Source of the DNA: Alphaproteobacteria bacterium
GTDB taxonomy: Bacteria > Pseudomonadota > Alphaproteobacteria > CAAHEQ01 > UBA3637
Assembly: GCA_017962565.1 (NCBI GenBank)
Contig: JAGCVC010000008.1
Span: forward strand, 76,850-140,849
Direction of reading: 5' to 3'
DNA length: 64,000 bases
Position numbers and translations under genes: made by a program. The notes under the pieces are model-generated. The model searched no databases. It worked only from the letters and a program-made list of their open reading frames with translations, and was not told the DNA's origin. This document shows, piece after piece, positions 57,036-64,000 of this stretch. The first letter of the stretch is position 1; every line of letters begins with the position of its first letter.

Positions 57036-57653
57036 ATGAAAAATAAAATGCAACTTGGACGTCCGATGTTAGAAATGTTAATTGTTCTTTCTCTTGGTGT
57101 TGTACTGATGGTTTCCGGAATTGCTTCTTTCAGAAAAGTAACCTATAACTACAAAGCGAATGCCATGCTGGACTATATTAATCAAGTTTATTCCACCGCA
57201 AGGGGAAAAAGCTTCGGCAACAGTTTTCTTGGACTTAGTTCAGAGGATCCAACTATTGGAATTCCTTGTGAGAGGATTGTAGCAAATCCTCCTTCTGTTT
57301 TATCTTCTTGTACAGTTAATCGTATCTGTGGCTGTGGTTCCAATACAGAAACCGGCTGTCATGACTGTGATGATCCTAGAAACGTGACATGTCAAATCTT
57401 AAAAAATTCAAAAGATTTGTGTGTAGTAACTGTCACGGCATATTTTAATGATGGCGAAGAAGGTGCCGCTAAAACTTTGGAAGCTCGTTTGGATTTGGAA
57501 GTAAGAAACGGAATAAAAAATCTTAAGGAAAACAGACCGTTTATGAAGGCTAACTGCTTACCAGATAATCCGAAAGAATGTTCATACGGTTTTGCAAAGT
57601 GTACCAAAGAAAATCGTCCTTGTTCCAATATTTCCAGAAGAAAAATAAATTAA
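57036..57653 (+). CDS. type IV pilin/pseudopilin-like protein with Cys-rich C-terminal domain
   Basis: Class III signal MKNKMQLG|RPMLEMLIVLSLGVVLMV has Gly at -1, Glu at +5 and a hydrophobic helix. The mature domain has 13 Cys, including the CGCG...CHDC cluster. Confidence 0.55.
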   Translation: MKNKMQLGRPMLEMLIVLSLGVVLMVSGIASFRKVTYNYKANAMLDYINQVYSTARGKSFGNSFLGLSSEDPTIGIPCERIVANPPSVLSSCTVNRICGCGSNTETGCHDCDDPRNVTCQILKNSKDLCVVTVTAYFNDGEEGAAKTLEARLDLEVRNGIKNLKENRPFMKANCLPDNPKECSYGFAKCTKENRPCSNISRRKIN

Positions 57654-57673
57654 CATAATTTTTCCAATAGTAC

Positions 57674-57702
57674 TTGCTATAAAAAGTAAAATGTTCTATA
57701 TT
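57674..57702 (+). promoter_or_regulatory. sigma70-type promoter TTGCTA-17-TATATT for the PLD nuclease gene
   Basis: TTGCTA 57674..57679, 17-nt spacer, TATATT 57697..57702. Confidence 0.5.
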
Positions 57703-57732
57703 TGTTCTTATCAGACTAACAAAAGGATAGAT

Positions 57733-58215
57733 ATGAAGTGCTTTTTTGTCGTTTTTATGATATTTTTCCCCTGCCTTGTTTTTGCAAAGTCGGAAGCTTA
57801 TTTTACACCTTCTTTAGATTGCGAAAACAAAATTATTCAACTGATAGGAAGATCCCATAATACAATTGATGCTGCTGTTTACGCAATCAACAATGATGCC
57901 ATTGTAGATGCTTTAAAAAAAGCTCACAGACGTGGTATTAAAATTCGCATTTTAACTGATCGGGTACAAGCCGGACAGAAAAGTTCAAAGGTAAGTGAAT
58001 TGGAAGAATTTGGTATCCCTGTCATACGACATAAAAAATACAGAATTCAACACGATAAATTTGCCATTTTCGATTCGAAAAAAGTTGTTACCGGTTCTTA
58101 TAATTGGACAAATTCAGCCAGCAAAAGAAATGCTGAAAATTGTTATTTTTTCACAAACACAAATACAGAAAAATACGTAAATCGCTTTGAAACACTGTGG
58201 AATTTAAACAAATAA
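57733..58215 (+). CDS. secreted phospholipase D-family endonuclease (Nuc-like, single HKD)
   Basis: Signal peptide MKCFFVVFMIFFPCLVFA; HKD motif HDKFAIFD...VTGSYNWTNSA. The ATG at 57733 has an AAGGA RBS and lies downstream of the predicted -10. Confidence 0.8.
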   Translation: MKCFFVVFMIFFPCLVFAKSEAYFTPSLDCENKIIQLIGRSHNTIDAAVYAINNDAIVDALKKAHRRGIKIRILTDRVQAGQKSSKVSELEEFGIPVIRHKKYRIQHDKFAIFDSKKVVTGSYNWTNSASKRNAENCYFFTNTNTEKYVNRFETLWNLNK

Positions 58216-58668
58216 TCATAAACGACCGATTAAATCCAAAGCACCCTGTAAAATATACGCAGCAGCAACCTTATCCATAACTTCTTTTTGTCTTTTTCGT
58301 GATAAATCCGCTTGTTCAATAAATATGCGAGAGACGGCTGCTGATGAAAGTCGCTCATCCCAAAATAAAATCGGCAATGAATATTTTTCATAAAGCTTTT
58401 CAGCCCAAACACGCGTTATTTTAGCTTGTTCGCCCTCTTCCCCGTTCATTTGTTTAGGAAGCCAGATAACAAATCCGCCAATTTTTCTGTCTATTAATAA
58501 TTTTTCCAATTCGTCCATCGAAGACACTATCTTTAGGGGAGTTGCCGTCATTTGCATCAGATCAGATATAGCAACACCTATTCTTTTTGTTCCATAATCA
58601 ATACCGACCAATTGTGTCATTGGCTGAATTTGTTTTTTAAAATCAATTGGTATTTCATACGTGGACAT
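58216..58668 (-). CDS. ruvX: Holliday junction resolvase-like / pre-16S processing nuclease YqgF
   Basis: VGIDYGTKRIGVAISD N-terminus, DERLSS, AAAYILQ. Confidence 0.9.
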   Translation of the reverse strand: MSTYEIPIDFKKQIQPMTQLVGIDYGTKRIGVAISDLMQMTATPLKIVSSMDELEKLLIDRKIGGFVIWLPKQMNGEEGEQAKITRVWAEKLYEKYSLPILFWDERLSSAAVSRIFIEQADLSRKRQKEVMDKVAAAYILQGALDLIGRL

Positions 58669-58701
58669 TTTACTTCTTTCAACTAATACTGAACAAGGCT
58701 T

Positions 58702-58729
58702 ATTCTAGCATTTTTTTATAATCTGTCAA
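58702..58729 (-). promoter_or_regulatory. sigma70-type promoter TTGACA-16-TAGAAT for ruvX
   Basis: On the minus strand, TTGACA (58724..58729), 16-nt spacer, TAGAAT (58702..58707). Confidence 0.5.
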
Positions 58730-58750
58730 AATTTATTTATAACAAAGTTC

Positions 58751-58779
58751 TTGAAATTATCCATTTTTTATTCTAAAAT
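58751..58779 (+). promoter_or_regulatory. sigma70-type promoter TTGAAA-17-TAAAAT for rpiB-glyA-nrdR-nusB
   Basis: TTGAAA 58751..58756, 17-nt spacer, TAAAAT 58774..58779. Confidence 0.6.
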
Positions 58780-58811
58780 GCTTTCACTTGGCTCGAATTG
58801 AAAGGATTAGG

Positions 58812-59258
58812 ATGTCAGATAATAAAATTGTTATTGCTTCAGACCATGCTGGCTATTTGCTTAAAAAGCAACTAAGTGATTATTTGAAATCTTTGAATTA
58901 TGATGTGCTGGATTTGGGTGTTGATACAGATGCGGTTTCAACAGATTATCCGTTAAAAGCTCAAGATTTAGCATACATTTTAAAAGATGATCCAAAAGCC
59001 CGCGGCATCTTGATTTGCGGAACGGGAATTGGTATGAGCATAGCAATCAATCGTTATCCTTTTATTCGCGGTGCTTTAGCTTATGATAAGCAAACGGCTT
59101 TGCTTGCTCGTCAACACAATAATGCAAATGTTTTGTGTTTGGGTGGACGTACAACAAACTTTGACACGGCAAAAGAGTTAACAGACATTTTTTTAACAAC
59201 ACCTTTTGATGGTGGACGCCATGAAAAACGCGTTTTGGAATTAGGAGAAATGAAATGA
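58812..59258 (+). CDS. rpiB: ribose-5-phosphate isomerase B
   Basis: [33 protein letters not shown] prefer the ATG at 58812 (AAAGGA RBS) to the TTG at 58788. Confidence 0.9.
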   Translation: MSDNKIVIASDHAGYLLKKQLSDYLKSLNYDVLDLGVDTDAVSTDYPLKAQDLAYILKDDPKARGILICGTGIGMSIAINRYPFIRGALAYDKQTALLARQHNNANVLCLGGRTTNFDTAKELTDIFLTTPFDGGRHEKRVLELGEMK

Positions 59259-60556
59259 CATGTAATTGTACTCATCATTGTGAAACAAAGGAATTTTTCT
59301 ATGAAACTTTAAAAGAACGGGATCCGGAAATTGCCCGTTTAATCCAAAAAGAATTATGGCGTCAACAAGATCATATTGAATTGATTGCTTCTGAAAATAT
59401 TGTTTCGGAAGCTGTTTTGCAAGCTCAAGGATCCGTTTTAACCAACAAATATGCGGAAGGTTATTCCGGACATCGTTATTATCACGGTTGCGAATATATA
59501 GACGGCGTGGAAACATTGGCTATTGAACGAGCCAAAAAGTTATTTAATTGCGCTTATGCAAATGTACAACCAAACTCAGGAAGTCAAGCAAATCAGGCAG
59601 TCTATATGGCTTTATTGCAACCAGGCGACACCATCATGGGTATGAGCTTAGATGCCGGAGGGCATTTAACTCATGGGGCAAAGGTTTCCAGTTCCGGAAA
59701 ACTTTACAATTCTGTTCAATACGGCGTAACAGATAAAGGTATAATTGATTATGATAGTTTGGAAAAATTGGCTATTGAACATAAGCCAAAATTGATTATT
59801 GCCGGCGGTTCTGCCTATGCACGCATTATTGATTTTAAACGTTTCCGTGCAATTGCCGATAAAGTCGGTGCTTACATGATGGTTGATATGGCTCACTTTG
59901 CAGGTTTGGTTGCGGGTAATCAATATCCTTCTCCATTACCGATTGCTGATGTTGTAACAACGACGACGCATAAAACTTTGCGTGGTCCACGTGGTGGTAT
60001 GATTTTAACAAACAATCCTGATATTGCAAAGAAAATCAATTCTGCTGTATTCCCGGGGTTGCAAGGTGGTCCGTTAGAACACGTTATTGCGGGAAAAGCC
60101 GTTGCTTTTGGTGAAGCATTGAAACCTGAATTTTCTGAATATGCTGAACAAATTATTCAAAACTCAAAAGCATTGGAAAAAGCTTTAATGGAACGTGATG
60201 TCGATATGGTTACCGGCGGAACTGATACACATTTAATTTTAATTGACTTACGTTCAAAAGGATTAAAAGGAAACGAAGTTTGTGATTCATTGGCTCGTGC
60301 AAACATTATTTGTAATAAAAACGCTGTTCCTAATGATCCGGAAAAACCGAGTATAACATCTGGTCTGCGCGTAGGAACTCCAGCAGGAACAACACGTGGT
60401 TTTGGTATTCATGAATTTGAAGACATTGGTGATATGATTGCTGATATTATTGATGGTATAAAATTAACCAACGGAGAAAATGAAGTTATGGAAAACGTGG
60501 TTCGTGAAAAAGTACTTGAAATGTGTCACGCTTTTCCTATTTATCCAAATAAATGA
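59255..60556 (+). CDS. glyA: serine hydroxymethyltransferase
   Basis: [32 protein letters not shown] (PLP lysine). Confidence 0.95.
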   Translation: MTCNCTHHCETKEFFYETLKERDPEIARLIQKELWRQQDHIELIASENIVSEAVLQAQGSVLTNKYAEGYSGHRYYHGCEYIDGVETLAIERAKKLFNCAYANVQPNSGSQANQAVYMALLQPGDTIMGMSLDAGGHLTHGAKVSSSGKLYNSVQYGVTDKGIIDYDSLEKLAIEHKPKLIIAGGSAYARIIDFKRFRAIADKVGAYMMVDMAHFAGLVAGNQYPSPLPIADVVTTTTHKTLRGPRGGMILTNNPDIAKKINSAVFPGLQGGPLEHVIAGKAVAFGEALKPEFSEYAEQIIQNSKALEKALMERDVDMVTGGTDTHLILIDLRSKGLKGNEVCDSLARANIICNKNAVPNDPEKPSITSGLRVGTPAGTTRGFGIHEFEDIGDMIADIIDGIKLTNGENEVMENVVREKVLEMCHAFPIYPNK

Positions 60557-60565
60557 GGAATAAAA

Positions 60566-61024
60566 ATGAGATGTCCATTTTGTCACGCTGAAGACAGTCA
60601 AGTCAAAGATTCCAGAACGACCGAAGATGGTTCAGCTATTCGTCGGCGAAGAATATGTCAGACTTGTGGGGCTCGTTTTACGACTTTCGAACGTGTCCAA
60701 TTACGTGAATTGACTGTTGTTAAGAAAAATCTTTTAAAAGTCCCTTTTGACAGAGATAAATTAGCCAAATCACTGTATATTGCGACTCGTAAGCGTCCTG
60801 TTGAAAGTAAACAGGTTGAAACATTAGTTAACCAAATTCAACGGCAATTGGAAGAATTGGGAGAAAGTGAAATTTCTTCAACCCAAATCGGACAGATTGT
60901 CATGGAAGAACTTTTAAAACTTGACAAGGTTGCCTATATTCGTTATGCTTCCGTCTATCGTAACTTTAATGAAACAAAAGATTTTGAGGACTTCATCAAG
61001 CCTTTATTGGAAGAAGAAAATTAA
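60566..61024 (+). CDS. nrdR: transcriptional repressor NrdR
   Basis: MRCPFCH...VKDSR...[17 protein letters not shown] zinc ribbon plus ATP-cone. Confidence 0.95.
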   Translation: MRCPFCHAEDSQVKDSRTTEDGSAIRRRRICQTCGARFTTFERVQLRELTVVKKNLLKVPFDRDKLAKSLYIATRKRPVESKQVETLVNQIQRQLEELGESEISSTQIGQIVMEELLKLDKVAYIRYASVYRNFNETKDFEDFIKPLLEEEN

Positions 61025-61510
61025 ATGACAGAACAACAAATATCCAAAACACAAAAATTTACAAATGCTCGTTTAAATGCAATTCAAGCATTATATGCTG
61101 CCGAATTCAGTGATAAGCCGATTACAAAGATTATTTTTCAATTTTTAAATGGAGAAATCGGTGAAAAACTGATTATAGAAAATGAAAAAGGAAAAGAAGA
61201 ATTCATTACCATTCCGGATATGGATCATGAATTGTTTTCAAAAATTGTTCAGGAAGCAACTTTGCGCAAAGCAGATTTGGATAAAACTATCTTAGATGCT
61301 GTTATTTCCGGATGGGAAAACGACCGTATAGAAATCTTATTGCAATCCATCTTAAGAGCAGGATTAGCAGAATTTTTTGTAAATCCGAATTTAGATGCTC
61401 CTGTCATTATCAATGAGTACACTGATATTACGCGTTCTTTCTACGATGGTGCAGAAATAGCTTTAGTCAATGCTATTTTAAATAATTTTGCAAAAGTGAT
61501 TAGGGGTTAA
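61025..61510 (+). CDS. nusB: transcription antitermination factor NusB
   Basis: ARLNAIQALY N-terminus, about 160 aa, position after nrdR; C-terminal VNAILNN. Confidence 0.85.
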   Translation: MTEQQISKTQKFTNARLNAIQALYAAEFSDKPITKIIFQFLNGEIGEKLIIENEKGKEEFITIPDMDHELFSKIVQEATLRKADLDKTILDAVISGWENDRIEILLQSILRAGLAEFFVNPNLDAPVIINEYTDITRSFYDGAEIALVNAILNNFAKVIRG

Positions 61511-61511
61511 T

Positions 61512-62279
61512 TTACTCTCCCCGCTGTCTGTCTCTCAAGACAATTAAAGGGACATTACTTTTTCTGATAATCGCACTTAAAATCGGCTCAGATACCAAGT
61601 TGCAATCTCTCATAACTGATGGTGCTCGATGGTGAGAAATAACTTTGACGGCAACGGATGAGTTATCCGGAATAATGCGATTGATAACTTGACGCGATGC
61701 AATAGTTTGAAATCCTAAATGGCCTTCTTTAAAATCTTTGCCGCCCAAATTGTAATAATAACCACCCTTCCCGATAGGTGTAGCTAAAATACAACCATCA
61801 CCTTCAATTGTTTTTGTTTTTATATCATCAAATTTTACTTCCAAATGCGTCATTTGAAAATCAGATGTTTTAATCGCAATCTCATTAAATCCGTAGTATG
61901 TTTGATAAGGCCATCCATTTTGAGGTTCTAATAATTCACAGTCAGCTTTCAAAGGATAAACTTTTGTTCTTTTGGCATTTAAAATACTTTCTTCGATTTC
62001 ATCAGGCCGTTTAACACGATGATTGGTCAAAACACCACGATGGTATTTTGAATTAGAACAATCTATGCTATAAATTGGTATTATTTTTCCACTTGATAAA
62101 TATGTTGATAAAGCTGCTTGCTGAGCAAATAATGCTGTCCCATCGCCCCCCAAAGATACGATATAAGAAGCTTGGAAAATATTTGTTTGCCCCCATTTTT
62201 CAATACAACGCAAAGCAAAATCCTTTGCATAATCTTGTGGAGAAATAATAAAATGAATCTTAATGTTGCTCATAATCAA
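61512..62279 (-). CDS. nadK: NAD(+) kinase
   Basis: IVSLGGDGT motif, FNEIAI, ATPIGKGGY (ATPTGSTAY-like). Confidence 0.8.
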   Translation of the reverse strand: MIMSNIKIHFIISPQDYAKDFALRCIEKWGQTNIFQASYIVSLGGDGTALFAQQAALSTYLSSGKIIPIYSIDCSNSKYHRGVLTNHRVKRPDEIEESILNAKRTKVYPLKADCELLEPQNGWPYQTYYGFNEIAIKTSDFQMTHLEVKFDDIKTKTIEGDGCILATPIGKGGYYYNLGGKDFKEGHLGFQTIASRQVINRIIPDNSSVAVKVISHHRAPSVMRDCNLVSEPILSAIIRKSNVPLIVLRDRQRGE

Positions 62280-62298
62280 TCTCTTAAAAAATCAATAA

Positions 62299-62327
62299 TA
62301 TGATACCAAAAAAAATATATTTTGTCA
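62299..62327 (-). promoter_or_regulatory. sigma70-type promoter TTGACA-17-TATCAT for nadK
   Basis: On the minus strand, TTGACA (62322..62327), 17-nt spacer, TATCAT (62299..62304). Confidence 0.55.
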
Positions 62328-62374
62328 AGTATTTTTAAGATTCTATTATTTTGAAAATATTCTAAAAAAATATC

Positions 62375-62403
62375 TTGCAATATATATAAAAACGTGCTAA
62401 TAA
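62375..62403 (+). promoter_or_regulatory. sigma70-type promoter TTGCAA-17-TAATAA for ppdK
   Basis: TTGCAA 62375..62380, 17-nt spacer, TAATAA 62398..62403. Confidence 0.5.
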
Positions 62404-62428
62404 TCGTCTGTTTTAGAAGAATTCATTT

Positions 62429-62476
62429 CCAAAGGGCTAAAAAGTTACTTTATTTTGGCCTTTTGGGATGTTTTTT
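62429..62476 (+). promoter_or_regulatory. terminator-like hairpin in the ppdK leader (possible attenuator)
   Basis: CCAAAGGGC (62429..62437) pairs with GCCTTTTGG (62458..62466) over 9 bp including one G-U. A T6 run at 62471..62476 follows 4 nt later. Confidence 0.35.
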
Positions 62477-62509
62477 GTAGTTGTTAACTTAAAGAAAGGA
62501 TTATTATCC

Positions 62510-64000
62510 ATGACAAAATGGGTTTATACGTTTGGAAACGGTACAGCCGAAGGTCGTGCCGATATGCGCAATTTGTTAGGGGGTAAAGGTGCTAACTTGG
62601 CCGAAATGGCTTCTATTGGCTGCCCTGTTCCTCCTGGTTTTACTATTACAACAGAAGCTTGTACTTATTATTATCAAAATAACAAAGCTTATTCTCCGGA
62701 ATTGAAAGAACAAGTTTTGAATGGTTTAAAAGGTGTTGAAGCTTCTATGGGCAAAAAGTTCGGTGATGCCGAAAATCCGTTATTATTCTCTGTTCGTTCC
62801 GGTGCTCGTGTTTCTATGCCTGGTATGATGGACACAATTTTGAACTTAGGTTTGAATGACCAAACAGTTGAAGGTTTGGCAAAAGCTTCAGGCAATCCGA
62901 AATTCGCTTATGACAGCTATCGTCGTTTTATTCAAATGTACTCTGATACAGCCATGGGTGTTGATATTCACAAGTTTGAAGCTGTTTTGGACAGAGTTCG
63001 TGAAGAAAATGGTTATAAGCACGATAATGAGATGACAGTTGAACAATTAAAAGACGTCATTGCAGAATACAAAAAAATCGGTATTGCAGAAGGTAAGCCG
63101 GTTCCTCAAGATGTTTATGAACAATTGTGGGGTGCTATCGGTGCCGTGTTCGGTTCTTGGATGAGTGAACGTGCTATATTCTATCGTAAATTAAACAACA
63201 TCCCAGCCGATTGGGGTACAGCTGTTAACGTACAAACCATGGTATTCGGAAACAGTGGTGACAATTCTGCAACAGGTGTTTGCTTCAGCCGTGACGCTGC
63301 AACCGGTGAAAATTACTTCTACGGTGAATATTTGAAGAATGCTCAAGGTGAAGACGTTGTGGCTGGTATTCGTACTCCGCAACAAATTTCCAAAATCGGA
63401 AATGAACGCCGTCATTTGACATTGCCTTGCATGGAAGAAGAATTCCCAGAAGTTTACAAACAACTTTGCGATATTCGTAAGAAATTGGAAACACATTACA
63501 AAGATATGCAAGATATGGAATTTACTGTTGAAAACGGTAAGTTGTTCATGTTGCAAACACGTAATGGTAAACGTACCGGTTTAGCTGCTTTGAAAGTAGC
63601 TGTTGATATGGTTCACGAAGGTTTGATTACAAAACGTGAAGCCGTAACACGTGTAGAACCGGGACATTTGGATCAATTATTGCACCCGATGTTTGATAAA
63701 TCAGCACAACGTGATGTAATGGCTCAAGGTTTGCCGGCATCTCCTGGTGCTGCTGTCGGTCAAATCGTTTTCAACGCTGCTGATGCTGAACAACAAGCCG
63801 CAGAAGGCAAAAAAGTTGTTTTAGTCCGTGTTGAAACTTCTCCGGAAGACATTGCCGGTATGCATGCTTCACAAGGTGTTTTAACTGCTCGTGGTGGTAT
63901 GACATCTCACGCAGCCGTTGTTGCTCGTGGTATGGGTATTCCTTGCGTTTCTGGTGTTTCTGATTTAAGAATTGACTACGCTGCTCAAACATTGACAGCC
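62510..64000 (+). CDS. ppdK: pyruvate, phosphate dikinase (5' part; continues beyond the window)
   Basis: The open frame from the ATG at 62510 runs to the window end: [33 protein letters not shown]...[13 protein letters not shown]...[15 protein letters not shown] (phospho-His loop). It is missing from the ORF track because there is no stop in the window. Confidence 0.95.
   Translation, partial: MTKWVYTFGNGTAEGRADMRNLLGGKGANLAEMASIGCPVPPGFTITTEACTYYYQNNKAYSPELKEQVLNGLKGVEASMGKKFGDAENPLLFSVRSGARVSMPGMMDTILNLGLNDQTVEGLAKASGNPKFAYDSYRRFIQMYSDTAMGVDIHKFEAVLDRVREENGYKHDNEMTVEQLKDVIAEYKKIGIAEGKPVPQDVYEQLWGAIGAVFGSWMSERAIFYRKLNNIPADWGTAVNVQTMVFGNSGDNSATGVCFSRDAATGENYFYGEYLKNAQGEDVVAGIRTPQQISKIGNERRHLTLPCMEEEFPEVYKQLCDIRKKLETHYKDMQDMEFTVENGKLFMLQTRNGKRTGLAALKVAVDMVHEGLITKREAVTRVEPGHLDQLLHPMFDKSAQRDVMAQGLPASPGAAVGQIVFNAADAEQQAAEGKKVVLVRVETSPEDIAGMHASQGVLTARGGMTSHAAVVARGMGIPCVSGVSDLRIDYAAQTLTA

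Noticed and set aside
57691-57732. N-terminal extensions suggested by the ORF track (nuclease from 57691; also rpiB from TTG 58788, comF from 56107, lipoprotein from 54073, Sel1 protein from 19930, valS from 44963)
   Set aside because: In each case an internal ATG has a better RBS and/or yields a proper signal peptide. For 57691 and 58788, the predicted -10 element lies at or downstream of the extended start.
63191-63556. 121-aa minus-strand ORF, with other minus ORFs at 62689..62895 and 63771..63992
   Set aside because: All are antisense shadows inside the unmistakable ppdK reading frame, which the ORF track omits only because it has no stop in the window.
1-64000. CRISPR arrays, transposases, integrases, prophage genes or tandem repeat arrays
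   Set aside because: Reading both strands by eye, I saw no regularly spaced direct repeats, no recombinase or transposase motifs, and no phage structural genes. The two tRNA genes have no adjacent integrase.

Overview
Visibly AT-rich bacterial chromosome segment, densely coding on both strands, with no rRNA, CRISPR array, transposase or integrase. Three gene orders suggest an alphaproteobacterium: tsaE-amgK-murU-addB-addA, rlpA-dac-tmk-holB-tatD-MBL and rpiB-glyA-nrdR-nusB. Ankyrin and Sel1 repeat proteins, together with apparent loss of the rib genes and metG from conserved clusters, suggest a host-associated or intracellular lifestyle; this is inference only. I call 65 CDS, including one partial ppdK running off the 3' end, plus tRNA-Glu(UUC) and tRNA-Ser(UGA). 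There are many near-consensus sigma70 promoters (TTGACA-16/17-TAxAAT) and several intrinsic terminators. The most interesting loci are: (1) a PP-loop protein translationally coupled to an off-cluster MurD paralogue, a candidate MurL/MurD2 route to D-Glu; (2) a MoxR-DUF58-DUF4381 operon that ends in a TerB-domain protein instead of the usual vWA Bat proteins; (3) an accessory stretch at 22.5-25.8 kb with about 530 bp of unexplained non-coding DNA (DnaA-box-like sites, inverted repeats), two ankyrin genes, a DUF6273-like protein and a lipoprotein; (4) an orphan Cys-rich type IV pilin-like gene between comF and a secreted PLD-family nuclease; (5) an insulated two-gene cassette of unknown function at 41.6-42.3 kb. 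All family assignments come from motifs read by eye. No database search was run.
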